Notes: generated by a model from the sequence alone, not told the origin. Positions 9,926-19,025 are shown, numbered from the stretch's first letter. The stretch: 64,000 nucleotides of DNA from Clostridia bacterium (GCA_017448545.1 JAFSLH010000005.1:52627-116626); one strand, 5' to 3'. Numbers and translations are program-made.

Positions 9926-10588
9926 TTACAGCAGCGGATCGACCGCATCCCGAATCCGGGCCGCAATCGTGTCGATCGGCTCTAATTTTCCGTCCTTCAT
10001 ACACGGAATAAAGACGATGCTGTCGAGCCGTTCGGCATATTCGCGGTACTTGGCACGGGCGCGGGATTGGATGGAATCGATGCTTTCGTACACGTCGCGC
10101 GCGTTACCGACATAGTCGCGGAAGCCTTTTTTATCAACGTTACCGGCAGCTTCTTCCAAATCCATATCCAGCACGAGGTCGATGTCTGCGCGCGGAATGC
10201 CGAAGTGCTCGTGCTCCAGCGTCAGACAGAAATCCAGAAGGTCCGGTTTGCCGAGGTCGCAGTCGCGGATGCTTTGATAAACCGCGTTCGAAAGAACGTA
10301 GCGATTGATCAGCAGCACGTCATAGCCGGAATAATCGAGCGAACGAAACGCTTCAAAACGGTCAAGCGCGAACCAGAGCGCCATGCTTTTTCCGTCCACG
10401 GTGTTTGCGGCGACGCCGTCCTTTGCGGTCAGATAGCGGCCGACGATCGAACCGAAGAAGGTATCGTACATCGGAAAGGACAGGGTCAAAACGCGCAGTC
10501 CGCGTTCTTCAAGATGCGCTCTGAGTCGCTCCATTTGCACGGTTTTGCCGGTTCCGTCGATGCCCTCAAACGAAATAATCTTTGTCAT
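9926..10588 (-). CDS. Thymidylate kinase-like nucleoside/nucleotide kinase
   Basis: P-loop FEGIDGTGKT at the N-terminus. I chose the ATG at 10588, after CAGGAGAAG. The upstream part of ORF 9926-11302 is Arg-rich noise. Confidence 0.7.
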   Translation of the reverse strand: MTKIISFEGIDGTGKTVQMERLRAHLEERGLRVLTLSFPMYDTFFGSIVGRYLTAKDGVAANTVDGKSMALWFALDRFEAFRSLDYSGYDVLLINRYVLSNAVYQSIRDCDLGKPDLLDFCLTLEHEHFGIPRADIDLVLDMDLEEAAGNVDKKGFRDYVGNARDVYESIDSIQSRARAKYREYAERLDSIVFIPCMKDGKLEPIDTIAARIRDAVDPLL

Positions 10589-10807
10589 ACTTCTCCTGTG
10601 CGGCGGCGCGGTTTTGTGCAAAGCCGCCTTTTGAAACAGTATACCACGCTGCTGCGCATCGTTCAAGATAATTCTGCCGAACCGTTCGAAATCACAATAC
10701 GACAGGCAGATTTTGTTCGTATCCTGTCGATGGATGCGGAAATTACGGCGCGTCCCGATCCCTTGATTCGCGCTTTTTGAACGGTTTCGGTTCGCTACAA
10801 TGGACGC

Positions 10808-13054
10808 ATGCAAACGGGAAAGGCGCGAAAAACAAAATATCGGAAGCCGACAGACGAATGGGTTCTGTCGATTGTTTCGTTTTTGCTTGCCGTTCTTTTG
10901 AGTCGCGTTCGCATCCATGCGTATCATGCGCCGTTTGCCGCAGCCGTTCTGTACGGCGCGGTCATGTGCAACCTGTCGTTTCCGCTGACGGCAGCCGGTG
11001 TGGTCGCGGGCTGTTTTCTGGGCGCACCGGCGTGGGACAGCGCACTTTGCGCCATGCTGTTTACCGCAGCCTATGCGTTGGCGCGATTGCGGGAGAACCA
11101 TCTTTCTGACCGATTCCGGACGATTCTGTTTGCCGGATGCTGCGTGCTGGCTGTGCCGATTTGTGCTGTACAAGGAAAAACGGAACTGATTTACGGCGCA
11201 TTGTGTGCGCCGATCGCACTGGCCGGAGGCGTCTGCATGACGCACGCGTTTCGGACGCTCGGCCGGTTTCGGAGAATCAGGCTTCTGACGGAATGGGATC
11301 AAAACGCGCTGCTTGTCGCATGGGGACTCTGCATTCTGGGGTGTTCGGAACTGTCCGTCGGGGACGTGTCGTTTTCGATGATCCTGATCTTATTTTCTAC
11401 CATGGTTCTCACACGCGCGCGAGGGCTTTATGGCTCGTTTGTCGCATCGCTGCTGTCCGCCGCATGGGTGCTTTATTCCAAAATGGACGCGCGAATCGTC
11501 GCCGTTGTGACGCTCGGCGCGGCGCTTTCGATTCCGTTCTATCGCGAGGGGAGAATCTGGATCGCGGCAAGTCACTTTGCGTCGGCTTTATTGTTGATCG
11601 GGTTGCAGCCGGAAGGTCTTTCGGCAGGGTTGATCTGGAACACCGTGGCATCGTCCGTCCTGCTTCTGCTGCTGCCTGCGCCGATCATTGAACGGATCAT
11701 AGCGCTGACAGCGATCGACCAGACGATCCAACGAAACGCACGCGCATCGCTGCTGCGTGAACAGAAACGAACGGCGGATTCCCTCTCCGAGATGAGCACG
11801 CTCCTCAAAGCGGTGTCCGACACGTTTCAACGGGAACCGTCTTGGCAGGAAACGACGGAGGAGTGGACGGTGCAGGGCGCGCTGGTGATTTGCCGCAACT
11901 GTGTGCATCAAAAAATATGTTGGAAACATGCGGACGATATGCGGATTACGGTCATGGAACTTGCCGAACGGCTCGACCGTGCGGAAAAGGTGATTCCGCT
12001 TGATCCGATCCGGCCGGACTGTCCGGCGTTTTCGGACGTCTGCGGTTCCGTTCTGCTCGCGTTTCAGCAAGCGTCTCTGCGATGCGCGGTTCGCGCACAA
12101 TTGCAGCGGGACGCGCGGTTTACGGCACGGGAACTGAACGGCGCCGGGGAAGCGGTTGACCGGCTTGCGTCGCAGTATCGGATGCCGTTCGGGTTGGATC
12201 GCAGCATGGAAGCGGCGATCCTGAAAGCGCTTTTGAAAGGCGGATTTGAAACGAACGCCGTCGAAGTCGTGCGCGAGCCGGACGGGCGAAGCATTCGCGT
12301 TCATTTGGCGTCGTATGACCCCAATACGGCGGGTGAGATACGGAAGCGCGTGGCAGAGGCGACCGGCGGACGGGTGCGGCTGATTACCGCGGAGCAAACG
12401 GGAGAAGACGTGCAGCTGCTTTTGGAACCGGCGCCCAAGTGGAACGTACGGATGGCGGTTTCGCAGTCGGCGGTTGACGAAGCTGCTTCCGGGGACAGTT
12501 TCGGTGAGAAGCACAGCAAAGGGGGTCGTTCGCTGTTCGCACTCTCGGACGGGATGGGAACCGGCAAGCAAGCCAACGCGGAAAGCTGCGGCGCGATCGA
12601 AACGCTGTTTCGCCTGTATGATTCCGGGATGGAACGGGAACTCGTATACGAGAACGTGAACCGGATTCTGATGCGCGGTTCCCGCGAGGATTCCTATGCG
12701 ACGCTGGACGCGGTTTCGTTCGATCTGAACACCGGGACGGCGGAACTTTTGAAGTTCGGTACGCCGCCTTCGTATCTGCTGCGCGGGAAAACGCTCTATG
12801 CGCTTTGTGGCGAAGCGCTGCCTTGCGGCATCGTGGACGACGTGCGTCCGACGGTCATCCGGTTGGATTTTGTGCCGGAAGACGTTCTGCTGCTGATGAC
12901 GGACGGCGTGACGGACGCGCTTGCGGAGAGGACGGAAGCGGTTTTGGTCGCGAATGCAAACCGATCAGACGCGGCGGACAGGATTCTTGCGGCAGCGCGG
13001 GAAACCGGGTATCGGGACGATCAATCCGTAATGGTTCTGCGTGTCCGCCGATGA
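10808..13054 (+). CDS. spoIIE: Stage II sporulation protein E (SpoIIE PP2C phosphatase)
   Basis: The N-terminal third has about 10 TM segments. The C-terminal PP2C domain carries SGDSF and ALSDGMGTGKQA, and the total length of 748 aa fits SpoIIE. Confidence 0.9.
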   Translation: MQTGKARKTKYRKPTDEWVLSIVSFLLAVLLSRVRIHAYHAPFAAAVLYGAVMCNLSFPLTAAGVVAGCFLGAPAWDSALCAMLFTAAYALARLRENHLSDRFRTILFAGCCVLAVPICAVQGKTELIYGALCAPIALAGGVCMTHAFRTLGRFRRIRLLTEWDQNALLVAWGLCILGCSELSVGDVSFSMILILFSTMVLTRARGLYGSFVASLLSAAWVLYSKMDARIVAVVTLGAALSIPFYREGRIWIAASHFASALLLIGLQPEGLSAGLIWNTVASSVLLLLLPAPIIERIIALTAIDQTIQRNARASLLREQKRTADSLSEMSTLLKAVSDTFQREPSWQETTEEWTVQGALVICRNCVHQKICWKHADDMRITVMELAERLDRAEKVIPLDPIRPDCPAFSDVCGSVLLAFQQASLRCAVRAQLQRDARFTARELNGAGEAVDRLASQYRMPFGLDRSMEAAILKALLKGGFETNAVEVVREPDGRSIRVHLASYDPNTAGEIRKRVAEATGGRVRLITAEQTGEDVQLLLEPAPKWNVRMAVSQSAVDEAASGDSFGEKHSKGGRSLFALSDGMGTGKQANAESCGAIETLFRLYDSGMERELVYENVNRILMRGSREDSYATLDAVSFDLNTGTAELLKFGTPPSYLLRGKTLYALCGEALPCGIVDDVRPTVIRLDFVPEDVLLLMTDGVTDALAERTEAVLVANANRSDAADRILAAARETGYRDDQSVMVLRVRR

Positions 13055-14049
13055 AGATCATCATCGAATGGTTCTTGCTTGACAATGCGCTGATGAACGC
13101 CTGTATCTTTCTGCTGGCTGCTGCTTTTTCCGGCGCACGGATTCGCGTTCTTCCGATCTGCCTGTTTTCAATCGGCGGCGCTGTCTATGCGCTTCTTGCA
13201 TTATTCTATATTCCCGTGCTGCGATCGACATGGGTCAAGCTGCTTTCGTTTCTGCTGCTTGCGCTGCCGATGTGGGAAAAGGGGACGTCGATTTTCTGGA
13301 CGCTGCTTTCGGTGCTGCTTTCCGCCGCGATGCTCGGCGGTGCAGTCCTTTGCATCACGCTCTTATCCGGCGGAACGGTGCATGCCGACGGAACGATTGT
13401 CGGAACGATCCCGCTGCGCGTCTCGTTGCTCGGACTCTTTGTCGCGCTGCTGCTGCCGCGATGGATGCGCGGTTTACTGCACCGAAGGCGCGTGCAGTCG
13501 CTGCAAACGACACTGACGATCCGGTTGTCCGATGGGGAACACACGCTTCGTGCGATGATCGACACGGGCAACCTGCTGACGGAACCGATCTCCGGTCTGC
13601 CGGTCGTCTTATTGCAGGACGTATCGGTCAAAACGGAGCGGGTCATCCCGTTTGCTATGCAGAACGGCGTCGGTGTTTTACCCGCGGAGCGCGCACAGGA
13701 GGCACGGCTCCCGGAATACGGAAACGGCTTAATCGACTGTTATGCGGCGTCGGCAGTACAGCCGATCCTGCATGCGGACGCAATTTTACCGGCGACGCTG
13801 CTGCCGCCGGATTGGAGGGAATCGAATGAAACGAATCAAACTGCGACACAATCCGTTTTCTCTGCGCTGGCACGCTTGGCTGCAAAGGCTGCGGCTGCGA
13901 CTTCGGCGGCTGCTCGGCGGGCGAAACGTCGTATGGTACATCCATTCGACCGAAACGCTGCCCGCGCCGCTCGATCCGGAGGAGGAAGCGGAATGCATCC
14001 GACTTGCTCCGACCGAGAAATGGGCGAAGGACAAACTGATCGTTCATAA
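13051..14049 (+). CDS. spoIIGA: Sigma-E processing peptidase SpoIIGA
   Basis: Five N-terminal TM segments and the aspartic protease motif MIDTGN. An ATGA overlap couples it to spoIIE. The frame has no stop codon until 14049, which is inside sigE. Confidence 0.85.
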   Translation: MKIIIEWFLLDNALMNACIFLLAAAFSGARIRVLPICLFSIGGAVYALLALFYIPVLRSTWVKLLSFLLLALPMWEKGTSIFWTLLSVLLSAAMLGGAVLCITLLSGGTVHADGTIVGTIPLRVSLLGLFVALLLPRWMRGLLHRRRVQSLQTTLTIRLSDGEHTLRAMIDTGNLLTEPISGLPVVLLQDVSVKTERVIPFAMQNGVGVLPAERAQEARLPEYGNGLIDCYAASAVQPILHADAILPATLLPPDWRESNETNQTATQSVFSALARLAAKAAAATSAAARRAKRRMVHPFDRNAARAARSGGGSGMHPTCSDREMGEGQTDRS

Positions 14050-14575
14050 TCTGCGCCTTGTCGTTTATCTGGCGCGAAAGTTTGACAACACCGGCGTTTC
14101 GACCGACGATCTGATCGGCATCGGAACGATCGGCCTGATCAAAGCGATCGACACGTTCAAGCCGGACAAGAAAATCAAGCTGGCGACCTATGCGGCTCGC
14201 TGCATCGAAAACGAAATCCTGATGCACCTTCGGCGCACCACGCGCCAAAAGCTCGAAGTCAGCTTCGATGAACCGCTGAACGTGGATTGGGACGGGAACG
14301 AATTGCTGCTTTCCGATATTCTCGGAACCGATCCGGATACCGTGAGCCGGGACATGGAGGATTCCGTGGAACGCGAGCTTCTCTATCAGGCGCTTGATAC
14401 GCTGACGGATCGGGAGCGGGACATCATTGCCATGCGATTCGGTCTCCTGGACGACAATCCGCGGACGCAGAAGCAGGTGGCCGACGCGATGGGTATTTCA
14501 CAAAGCTACATCAGCCGCATCGAAAAGCGCGTCATGAAACAACTGAAGCAGGAAATGCTGCGGATGCAGTCATAG
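13826..14575 (+). CDS. sigE: RNA polymerase sporulation sigma factor SigE (pro-sigma-E)
   Basis: MKRIKLR pro-sequence, then [26 protein letters not shown] and [13 protein letters not shown], near-collinear with B. subtilis SigE. A GGAGGGA RBS precedes the ATG at 13826. Confidence 0.92.
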   Translation: MKRIKLRHNPFSLRWHAWLQRLRLRLRRLLGGRNVVWYIHSTETLPAPLDPEEEAECIRLAPTEKWAKDKLIVHNLRLVVYLARKFDNTGVSTDDLIGIGTIGLIKAIDTFKPDKKIKLATYAARCIENEILMHLRRTTRQKLEVSFDEPLNVDWDGNELLLSDILGTDPDTVSRDMEDSVERELLYQALDTLTDRERDIIAMRFGLLDDNPRTQKQVADAMGISQSYISRIEKRVMKQLKQEMLRMQS

Positions 14576-15349
14576 CGTGACGTATTTCTCCAGCTGCCGC
14601 AGCGCGCTTTTTTCGAGGCGCGAGACCTGAGCCTGTGAAATGCCGATTTCCTTGCTGACTTCCATCTGCGTGCGCGCGCCGAAGTATCGCAATTTCAATA
14701 TCTTCTGTTCGCGTTCGTTGAGATGCGACATCCCTTCTTCCAGCGCGATGCTGTTCAGCCATTGGGATTCGCCGTCCTTCGTGTCTTTGATATGATCCAT
14801 GATCGTCGTCGCGTCTTCGTCGCTGTGGTACACCGGTTCGTAAAGACTGACCGGATCGGAGATCGCGTCGAGCGCAAAGACGACGTCGGCTTCGGGCAGC
14901 TGCAGTTCTTTCGCAATTTCCGCGACGGTCGGGTCGTGATCGGACCGCTCGGAAAGCCGGTTTTTGGCCTGCATCGCGCGATATGCAAGATCGCGGATCG
15001 AGCGCGAGACGCGAACGGCGTTGTAGTCCCTGAGATGTCTTCGGATTTCGCCGGCGATCATCGGCACCGCATAGGTGGAAAAGCGAACGTCCAGCGACAG
15101 ATCAAACCCGGCAATCGCTTTCATCAGGCCGATACAGCCGACCTGAAACAGATCGTCCGGCTGTTCGCCGCGCCCGGCAAACCGTTGAACGACGGAGAGC
15201 ACCAACCGCAGGTTTCCGAAGATAAACCGATCCCTTGCCGCAAGATCACCCTTCTTGGCTTTTTCCAGAAGGGAACGCATTTCCGCCGGGCGCAGAACGG
15301 GCAGAGAGCCGGTGTCGATACCGCAGATTTCAACTTTATTCGTAAGCAT
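14570..15349 (-). CDS. sigG: RNA polymerase sporulation sigma factor SigG
   Basis: [16 protein letters not shown] at the N-terminus, plus [13 protein letters not shown] and [12 protein letters not shown], match SigG rather than SigF. The ATG at 15349 follows GGAGG. Confidence 0.9.
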   Translation of the reverse strand: MLTNKVEICGIDTGSLPVLRPAEMRSLLEKAKKGDLAARDRFIFGNLRLVLSVVQRFAGRGEQPDDLFQVGCIGLMKAIAGFDLSLDVRFSTYAVPMIAGEIRRHLRDYNAVRVSRSIRDLAYRAMQAKNRLSERSDHDPTVAEIAKELQLPEADVVFALDAISDPVSLYEPVYHSDEDATTIMDHIKDTKDGESQWLNSIALEEGMSHLNEREQKILKLRYFGARTQMEVSKEIGISQAQVSRLEKSALRQLEKYVTL

Positions 15350-15425
15350 ACCTCCGAGGGGATGATATGCCCAGTGTTCCCAGCAGCGCGAAGGAATAAA
15401 CGGAAAGGAAACGGTTTGCGCATAT

Positions 15426-15454
15426 TTGACAGGATATGACAAACATGGTAGAAT
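15426..15454 (+). promoter_or_regulatory. Near-consensus sigma-A promoter (TTGACA-17-TGgTAGAAT)
   Basis: TTGACA at 15426-15431, a 17-nt spacer, and extended -10 TGGTAGAAT at 15446-15454. The PPTase ATG lies 7 nt after the -10 element, with no SD sequence. Confidence 0.55.
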
Positions 15455-15461
15455 AGCGGAC

Positions 15462-16091
15462 ATGAAGGCTGTTTTACTTGTGACATTCGCATCTGTCGAG
15501 TCGCTTCCGGCGCTTTCTGCCCGCTATGACGGGATGCTTTCAATGTATCGGCAGCAGAAGCTTTCCCGACTGAAAGACGAGGAAGACCGTGCGCGCAGCA
15601 TGCTGGCAGAGTTTTGTCTGATGGAAGCTGTACGGCGCATCGTTCCGTCCTGTCCGCTTCCGCTAACGATCAGAACGGAGCAAAACGGGAAGCCGTTTCT
15701 GATCGGATCACCGCTGCAGATCTCGCTTTCGCATGCCGGCGCTTACGCCGCGGCGGCGGTCAGCACGCTGCCGGTCGGCGTGGACGTGGAGCGAACGCGC
15801 ACGGTTTCCGAATCGCTCGTGCGGCGGATTGCCACCGAATCGGAGTGGGCTGCGCTGCAAGAACTCGGGATTACGGACGAATCGTTCCGGGACCTGTTTT
15901 CGGCGAAGGAAAGCCTTGTTAAGCGAGACGGCATCGGGCTTGCAGCGCTTAAGCAGGCGGACATCACAAAAACGAATGCGGTACGGCAACTGCGGTTTGC
16001 CGACTATGTTCTTTCGGTCGCGTCGGATCTGACGGCTGAATGGGAGGTGTATACATGCGGAAAAGATGGATTGTTCTGCTTGCACTGCTGA
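15462..16091 (+). CDS. 4'-phosphopantetheinyl transferase, Sfp type
   Basis: Motifs GKPFL, ISLSHAGAYAAAAV, GVDVER and KESLVKRDG fit the Sfp family. The length is about 209 aa. Confidence 0.8.
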   Translation: MKAVLLVTFASVESLPALSARYDGMLSMYRQQKLSRLKDEEDRARSMLAEFCLMEAVRRIVPSCPLPLTIRTEQNGKPFLIGSPLQISLSHAGAYAAAAVSTLPVGVDVERTRTVSESLVRRIATESEWAALQELGITDESFRDLFSAKESLVKRDGIGLAALKQADITKTNAVRQLRFADYVLSVASDLTAEWEVYTCGKDGLFCLHC

Positions 16092-17206
16092 TCCTGATCG
16101 GATGCAGCAGCGGCTTGATGGAAACAGACGTTTCGACAACCGAAACGCCGATCATTATTGAAGCCGAGATAACGCTTAAGACGCCGACCCCGATTGCCGA
16201 AGCGACGGAAACGACTCCATCCCCGACAGCAATGCAGGCGCCGACCGAAACGTCAGTTCCGACCCCGGAACCGACTGCAACGCCCGTACCGACGCCGACG
16301 CCCGAACCGACGCCGACGCCGCGTCCGTACGTCGCGCAGGGCGACGTCTATACGATTGCCTGGATCAGCGATCCGCAGCATTATTCGGCCAAATACCCGG
16401 AGCTTTACTACGCGATGACGTCGTTTTTGCGCGATCATTGGGAAGAAATGAATCTGCAATACATCATCCATACCGGCGATCTGGTCAACAAAACGGATGA
16501 CGACGAGCAATGGAAGATTGCATCCGATGCACAGTCCTATATCGACGATATTCCGAACGGCGTCCTGGCGGGGAACCATGATTGTCAAAGCCCGGACGGC
16601 TTTACACCCTACAGCAAGTACTTTGGTGAAAAACGTTATAAAGACCGGGAATGGTACGGGGGATCGTATCAAGACAATCGCGGACATTACGACTTGCTGA
16701 CGATCGGAAATACGGATTATATATTTGTATATATGAGCTTTGGCCCGGGGAGCGGCGCAATTAAGTGGATCAATCGTGTTTTCGAGGAGCATCAGGACCG
16801 TGTCGGATTTCTGCTGGTACATGAATACTTTGAGAACGATTTTACTCGCTCCAAAGATGGGCAGAAACTATTTGATCAGGTCATAACAAAGAACCCGAAC
16901 GTGTACTTCATGCTCTGCGGCCATCGATACGGCGCGTACCGGCAAGTCTCCGAAATCGACGACGGCGACGGGAAGCCGCTTCGGACTGTGCATGAGATGA
17001 TGTTCAACTACCAGGCGGCCGGAAAGATCGGCGGAAACGGGTATCTGCGGCTGATGCAGATCGACGAATCGGCCGGAACGATCCACATGCTGACGTATTC
17101 GCCGAGCGACGACGACTTCAATCGTTTCGACGATCCGGAGAACCGGGAATTACATTATGAAGTCGACGAAACAGCCGAGGAATTTATCATTCCGATTCCG
17201 TGGTAA
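16055..17206 (+). CDS. Metallophosphoesterase lipoprotein with Thr/Pro-rich linker
   Basis: Lipobox LLILIGCSS, a linker (TPVPTPTPEPTPTPRP) and calcineurin-like motifs (ISDPQH, HTGDL, GNHD). The ATG at 16055 follows GGGAGGTG. It overlaps the PPTase gene by 37 nt. Confidence 0.8.
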   Translation: MRKRWIVLLALLILIGCSSGLMETDVSTTETPIIIEAEITLKTPTPIAEATETTPSPTAMQAPTETSVPTPEPTATPVPTPTPEPTPTPRPYVAQGDVYTIAWISDPQHYSAKYPELYYAMTSFLRDHWEEMNLQYIIHTGDLVNKTDDDEQWKIASDAQSYIDDIPNGVLAGNHDCQSPDGFTPYSKYFGEKRYKDREWYGGSYQDNRGHYDLLTIGNTDYIFVYMSFGPGSGAIKWINRVFEEHQDRVGFLLVHEYFENDFTRSKDGQKLFDQVITKNPNVYFMLCGHRYGAYRQVSEIDDGDGKPLRTVHEMMFNYQAAGKIGGNGYLRLMQIDESAGTIHMLTYSPSDDDFNRFDDPENRELHYEVDETAEEFIIPIPW

Positions 17207-17212
17207 GACATA

Positions 17213-17246
17213 GGGAACCGATGCAAAAAGGCACGGTTCCTTTTTG
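17213..17246 (+). terminator. Intrinsic terminator
   Basis: GGAACCG-13 nt-CGGTTCC followed by TTTTT. Confidence 0.55.
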
Positions 17247-17277
17247 ATTGGAATCCATTGGAGAAAACGCGGAAAAC

Positions 17278-17306
17278 TTGACACATTCTGTCACAATGGA
17301 TATACT
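17278..17306 (+). promoter_or_regulatory. Sigma-A-type promoter (TTGACA-17-TATACT)
   Basis: Exact TTGACA at 17278-17283, a 17-nt spacer, and TATACT at 17301-17306. It lies about 60 nt upstream of the 17368 start. Confidence 0.55.
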
Positions 17307-17367
17307 ATACAAGATGGAATGATCCGTAAGGCGTTGCACGCAAAGATTGTATCATAAGGAGGATCCG

Positions 17368-17859
17368 ATGCAAAAACAGCTCAGAAAACAGCGGGATTCA
17401 CTTATGATTTCCGGCACCGGCGTTATTGCGTTCGGAACGTGGAGCGTTGTGCGATCTATCGTATACTTTGCAACCGGCGTTCGTGAGATTCAGGCCTCTT
17501 TTCCGCAGCGTTTTGCGAACGATCTGACGATTGCGACGCTGTATGTGCTGGTGTTTGCGTTTTTGACGTTTGATCTCGGCCTGCGTGTATACGTCGGCTT
17601 TTGCGCGCGCGCGGAAGGACGGGGCAAAAGCGCCGGTCTTGCGTATCTGATCGTGGCGGGCATTCTGATCGCAACGTATTGCTATTCCATTCCGCAGGAT
17701 ATTATTGTTTTCACGCGCGGGCAGGATACGCTTCTGGTTTTGTTTGCATCGCTGTTTATTGACCTGACCTCGCTGCTGACATTGACGCTGCTGCTGTATT
17801 CCGCCGTTCAGACTCGACGCCTTGAAAAGGCACTTTCCGAAGGGAGGGAAGCGCAGTGA
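17368..17859 (+). CDS. Hypothetical integral membrane protein (4 TM)
   Basis: The ATG at 17368 follows AAGGAGGA. The protein has four hydrophobic segments, and I recognise no family. Confidence 0.6.
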   Translation: MQKQLRKQRDSLMISGTGVIAFGTWSVVRSIVYFATGVREIQASFPQRFANDLTIATLYVLVFAFLTFDLGLRVYVGFCARAEGRGKSAGLAYLIVAGILIATYCYSIPQDIIVFTRGQDTLLVLFASLFIDLTSLLTLTLLLYSAVQTRRLEKALSEGREAQ

Positions 17860-19025
17860 ATACGGATTTCCATTATTATGCTACCTATTGCGCGGCAGTG
17901 CTTGCCGGATTCTCTCATGAAGAAAGCGTAACGGTCGCTTATTCCGCCGAACTGACGGATAACTGCACCAAAACGTTCCTGTCCAAGCTGAAAGCGCCGC
18001 GGGAAGCAGCGACGTCGCAGCTGACGATGGAAATGATGGATGCCCGCAACGACCTGATCGGCATTTGGGACATTACGCGCATCTGGGCGTCGTTCCATTT
18101 TCTGCCGTATGATCTGTATGCGCAGAAGCCGCATTGCGCCAAGCAGTATCTGGACAAGTATCGACTGATTTGCGGACCGAACAGCGATCTGCTCGTGGAA
18201 ACCGTGAACCTTGCGAAGGGGAAAAGTCTGCAGGCATTCGGACTTTGCATGCACGTGCTCGCCGATACGTGGGCGCATCGGTACTTCGCCGGAACGACGT
18301 CGCTGGTCATCAACAACGTGGATGATTCGGTGCGGGAGCTGATGAACGCGGACGGAACCGAGACGCGACCGATCACGTTTGTGCGCAATCCCGGCCGTCC
18401 CGACGACGTGTTTGGCGGCTCCTATTCCGCGACGATGTTTGTAACGAGCGAAAACTCCGTCATGAACCTCGGACACGGGCGTGCGGGACGCATTCCGGAT
18501 TACAGTTTCCTGCGATATCGGTATCAGCCGGCATGGGCGGATTACGAAGAGTTCGAGAAGAACAATCCCGAAGATTACTACCATGCGTTCACGCAGATGA
18601 TTGATGCGCTGCGATTCCTGAAAGGCGATTCGGAAACCTTCGAAAAGGAACGTTATGCGTTCGATGCGGTCGAGCCGCATGAAAACACAATCCGCACGAT
18701 ACTGACGACGCGGCAGGGGGAAAATGACGCTTGTCGGGCATGGAAAGCGTTCGGCGAACAGCTTTCCGGTACGAGCATCCCCGATTTCTCGCTGGAAACG
18801 CATCAGCAGGAATACATCGATGCGCCGGAGGGAAAGAAAAACGACACGTTCCTGGGACGGTATATCCTTGCGGCGCTTGCCCAAAAGAGCATGGTGACGA
18901 ACCGTATTCACCGTTCGGGCAACGTGCTTGCAGGACGGTCGATCGACTACAACGAAAAAGGGCTGCGTGGGCTGCGCGATTATTGGGCGCTCGTGTTCTC
19001 CCCGGAGGAGGCCCAGGATGAGTAA
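17856..19025 (+). CDS. Hypothetical His-motif protein (zinc phospholipase C / nuclease P1-like motifs)
   Basis: 389-aa ORF with a GTGA overlap start. Motifs are DFHYYATY at the N-terminus, ASFHFLP, HVLADTWAHRYF and NLGHGRAG. There is no signal peptide. Confidence 0.6.
   Translation: MNTDFHYYATYCAAVLAGFSHEESVTVAYSAELTDNCTKTFLSKLKAPREAATSQLTMEMMDARNDLIGIWDITRIWASFHFLPYDLYAQKPHCAKQYLDKYRLICGPNSDLLVETVNLAKGKSLQAFGLCMHVLADTWAHRYFAGTTSLVINNVDDSVRELMNADGTETRPITFVRNPGRPDDVFGGSYSATMFVTSENSVMNLGHGRAGRIPDYSFLRYRYQPAWADYEEFEKNNPEDYYHAFTQMIDALRFLKGDSETFEKERYAFDAVEPHENTIRTILTTRQGENDACRAWKAFGEQLSGTSIPDFSLETHQQEYIDAPEGKKNDTFLGRYILAALAQKSMVTNRIHRSGNVLAGRSIDYNEKGLRGLRDYWALVFSPEEAQDE

Noticed and set aside
9926-11302. 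N-terminal extensions in the ORF track. Examples are 9926-11302, 6463-7323, 12805-14049, 13742-14575, 14570-15463, 18928-19563, 19615-20805, 21251-22156, 27649-29934, 36244-36909 and 43562-44767.
   Set aside because: In each case an internal ATG with a GGAGG-type RBS, or a -10 box, marks where the recognisable protein begins. The upstream extension is Arg-rich noise, or it overlaps the neighbouring gene or a promoter. I shortened the coordinates accordingly.
14570-15349. The alternative call of this sigma factor as SigF or SigK.
   Set aside because: The N-terminal [16 protein letters not shown] block and the overall collinearity match SigG specifically. SigF lacks that block, and SigK has a different pro-sequence and region 2.
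16190-16330. A short-period CCGACG/ACGCCG repetition. There is a similar ACGACG run at 41650-41720.
   Set aside because: These runs are in frame and encode Thr/Pro-rich or Thr-rich linkers directly after lipoprotein signal peptides. They are linker low-complexity sequence, not CRISPR, satellite or phase-variation tracts.
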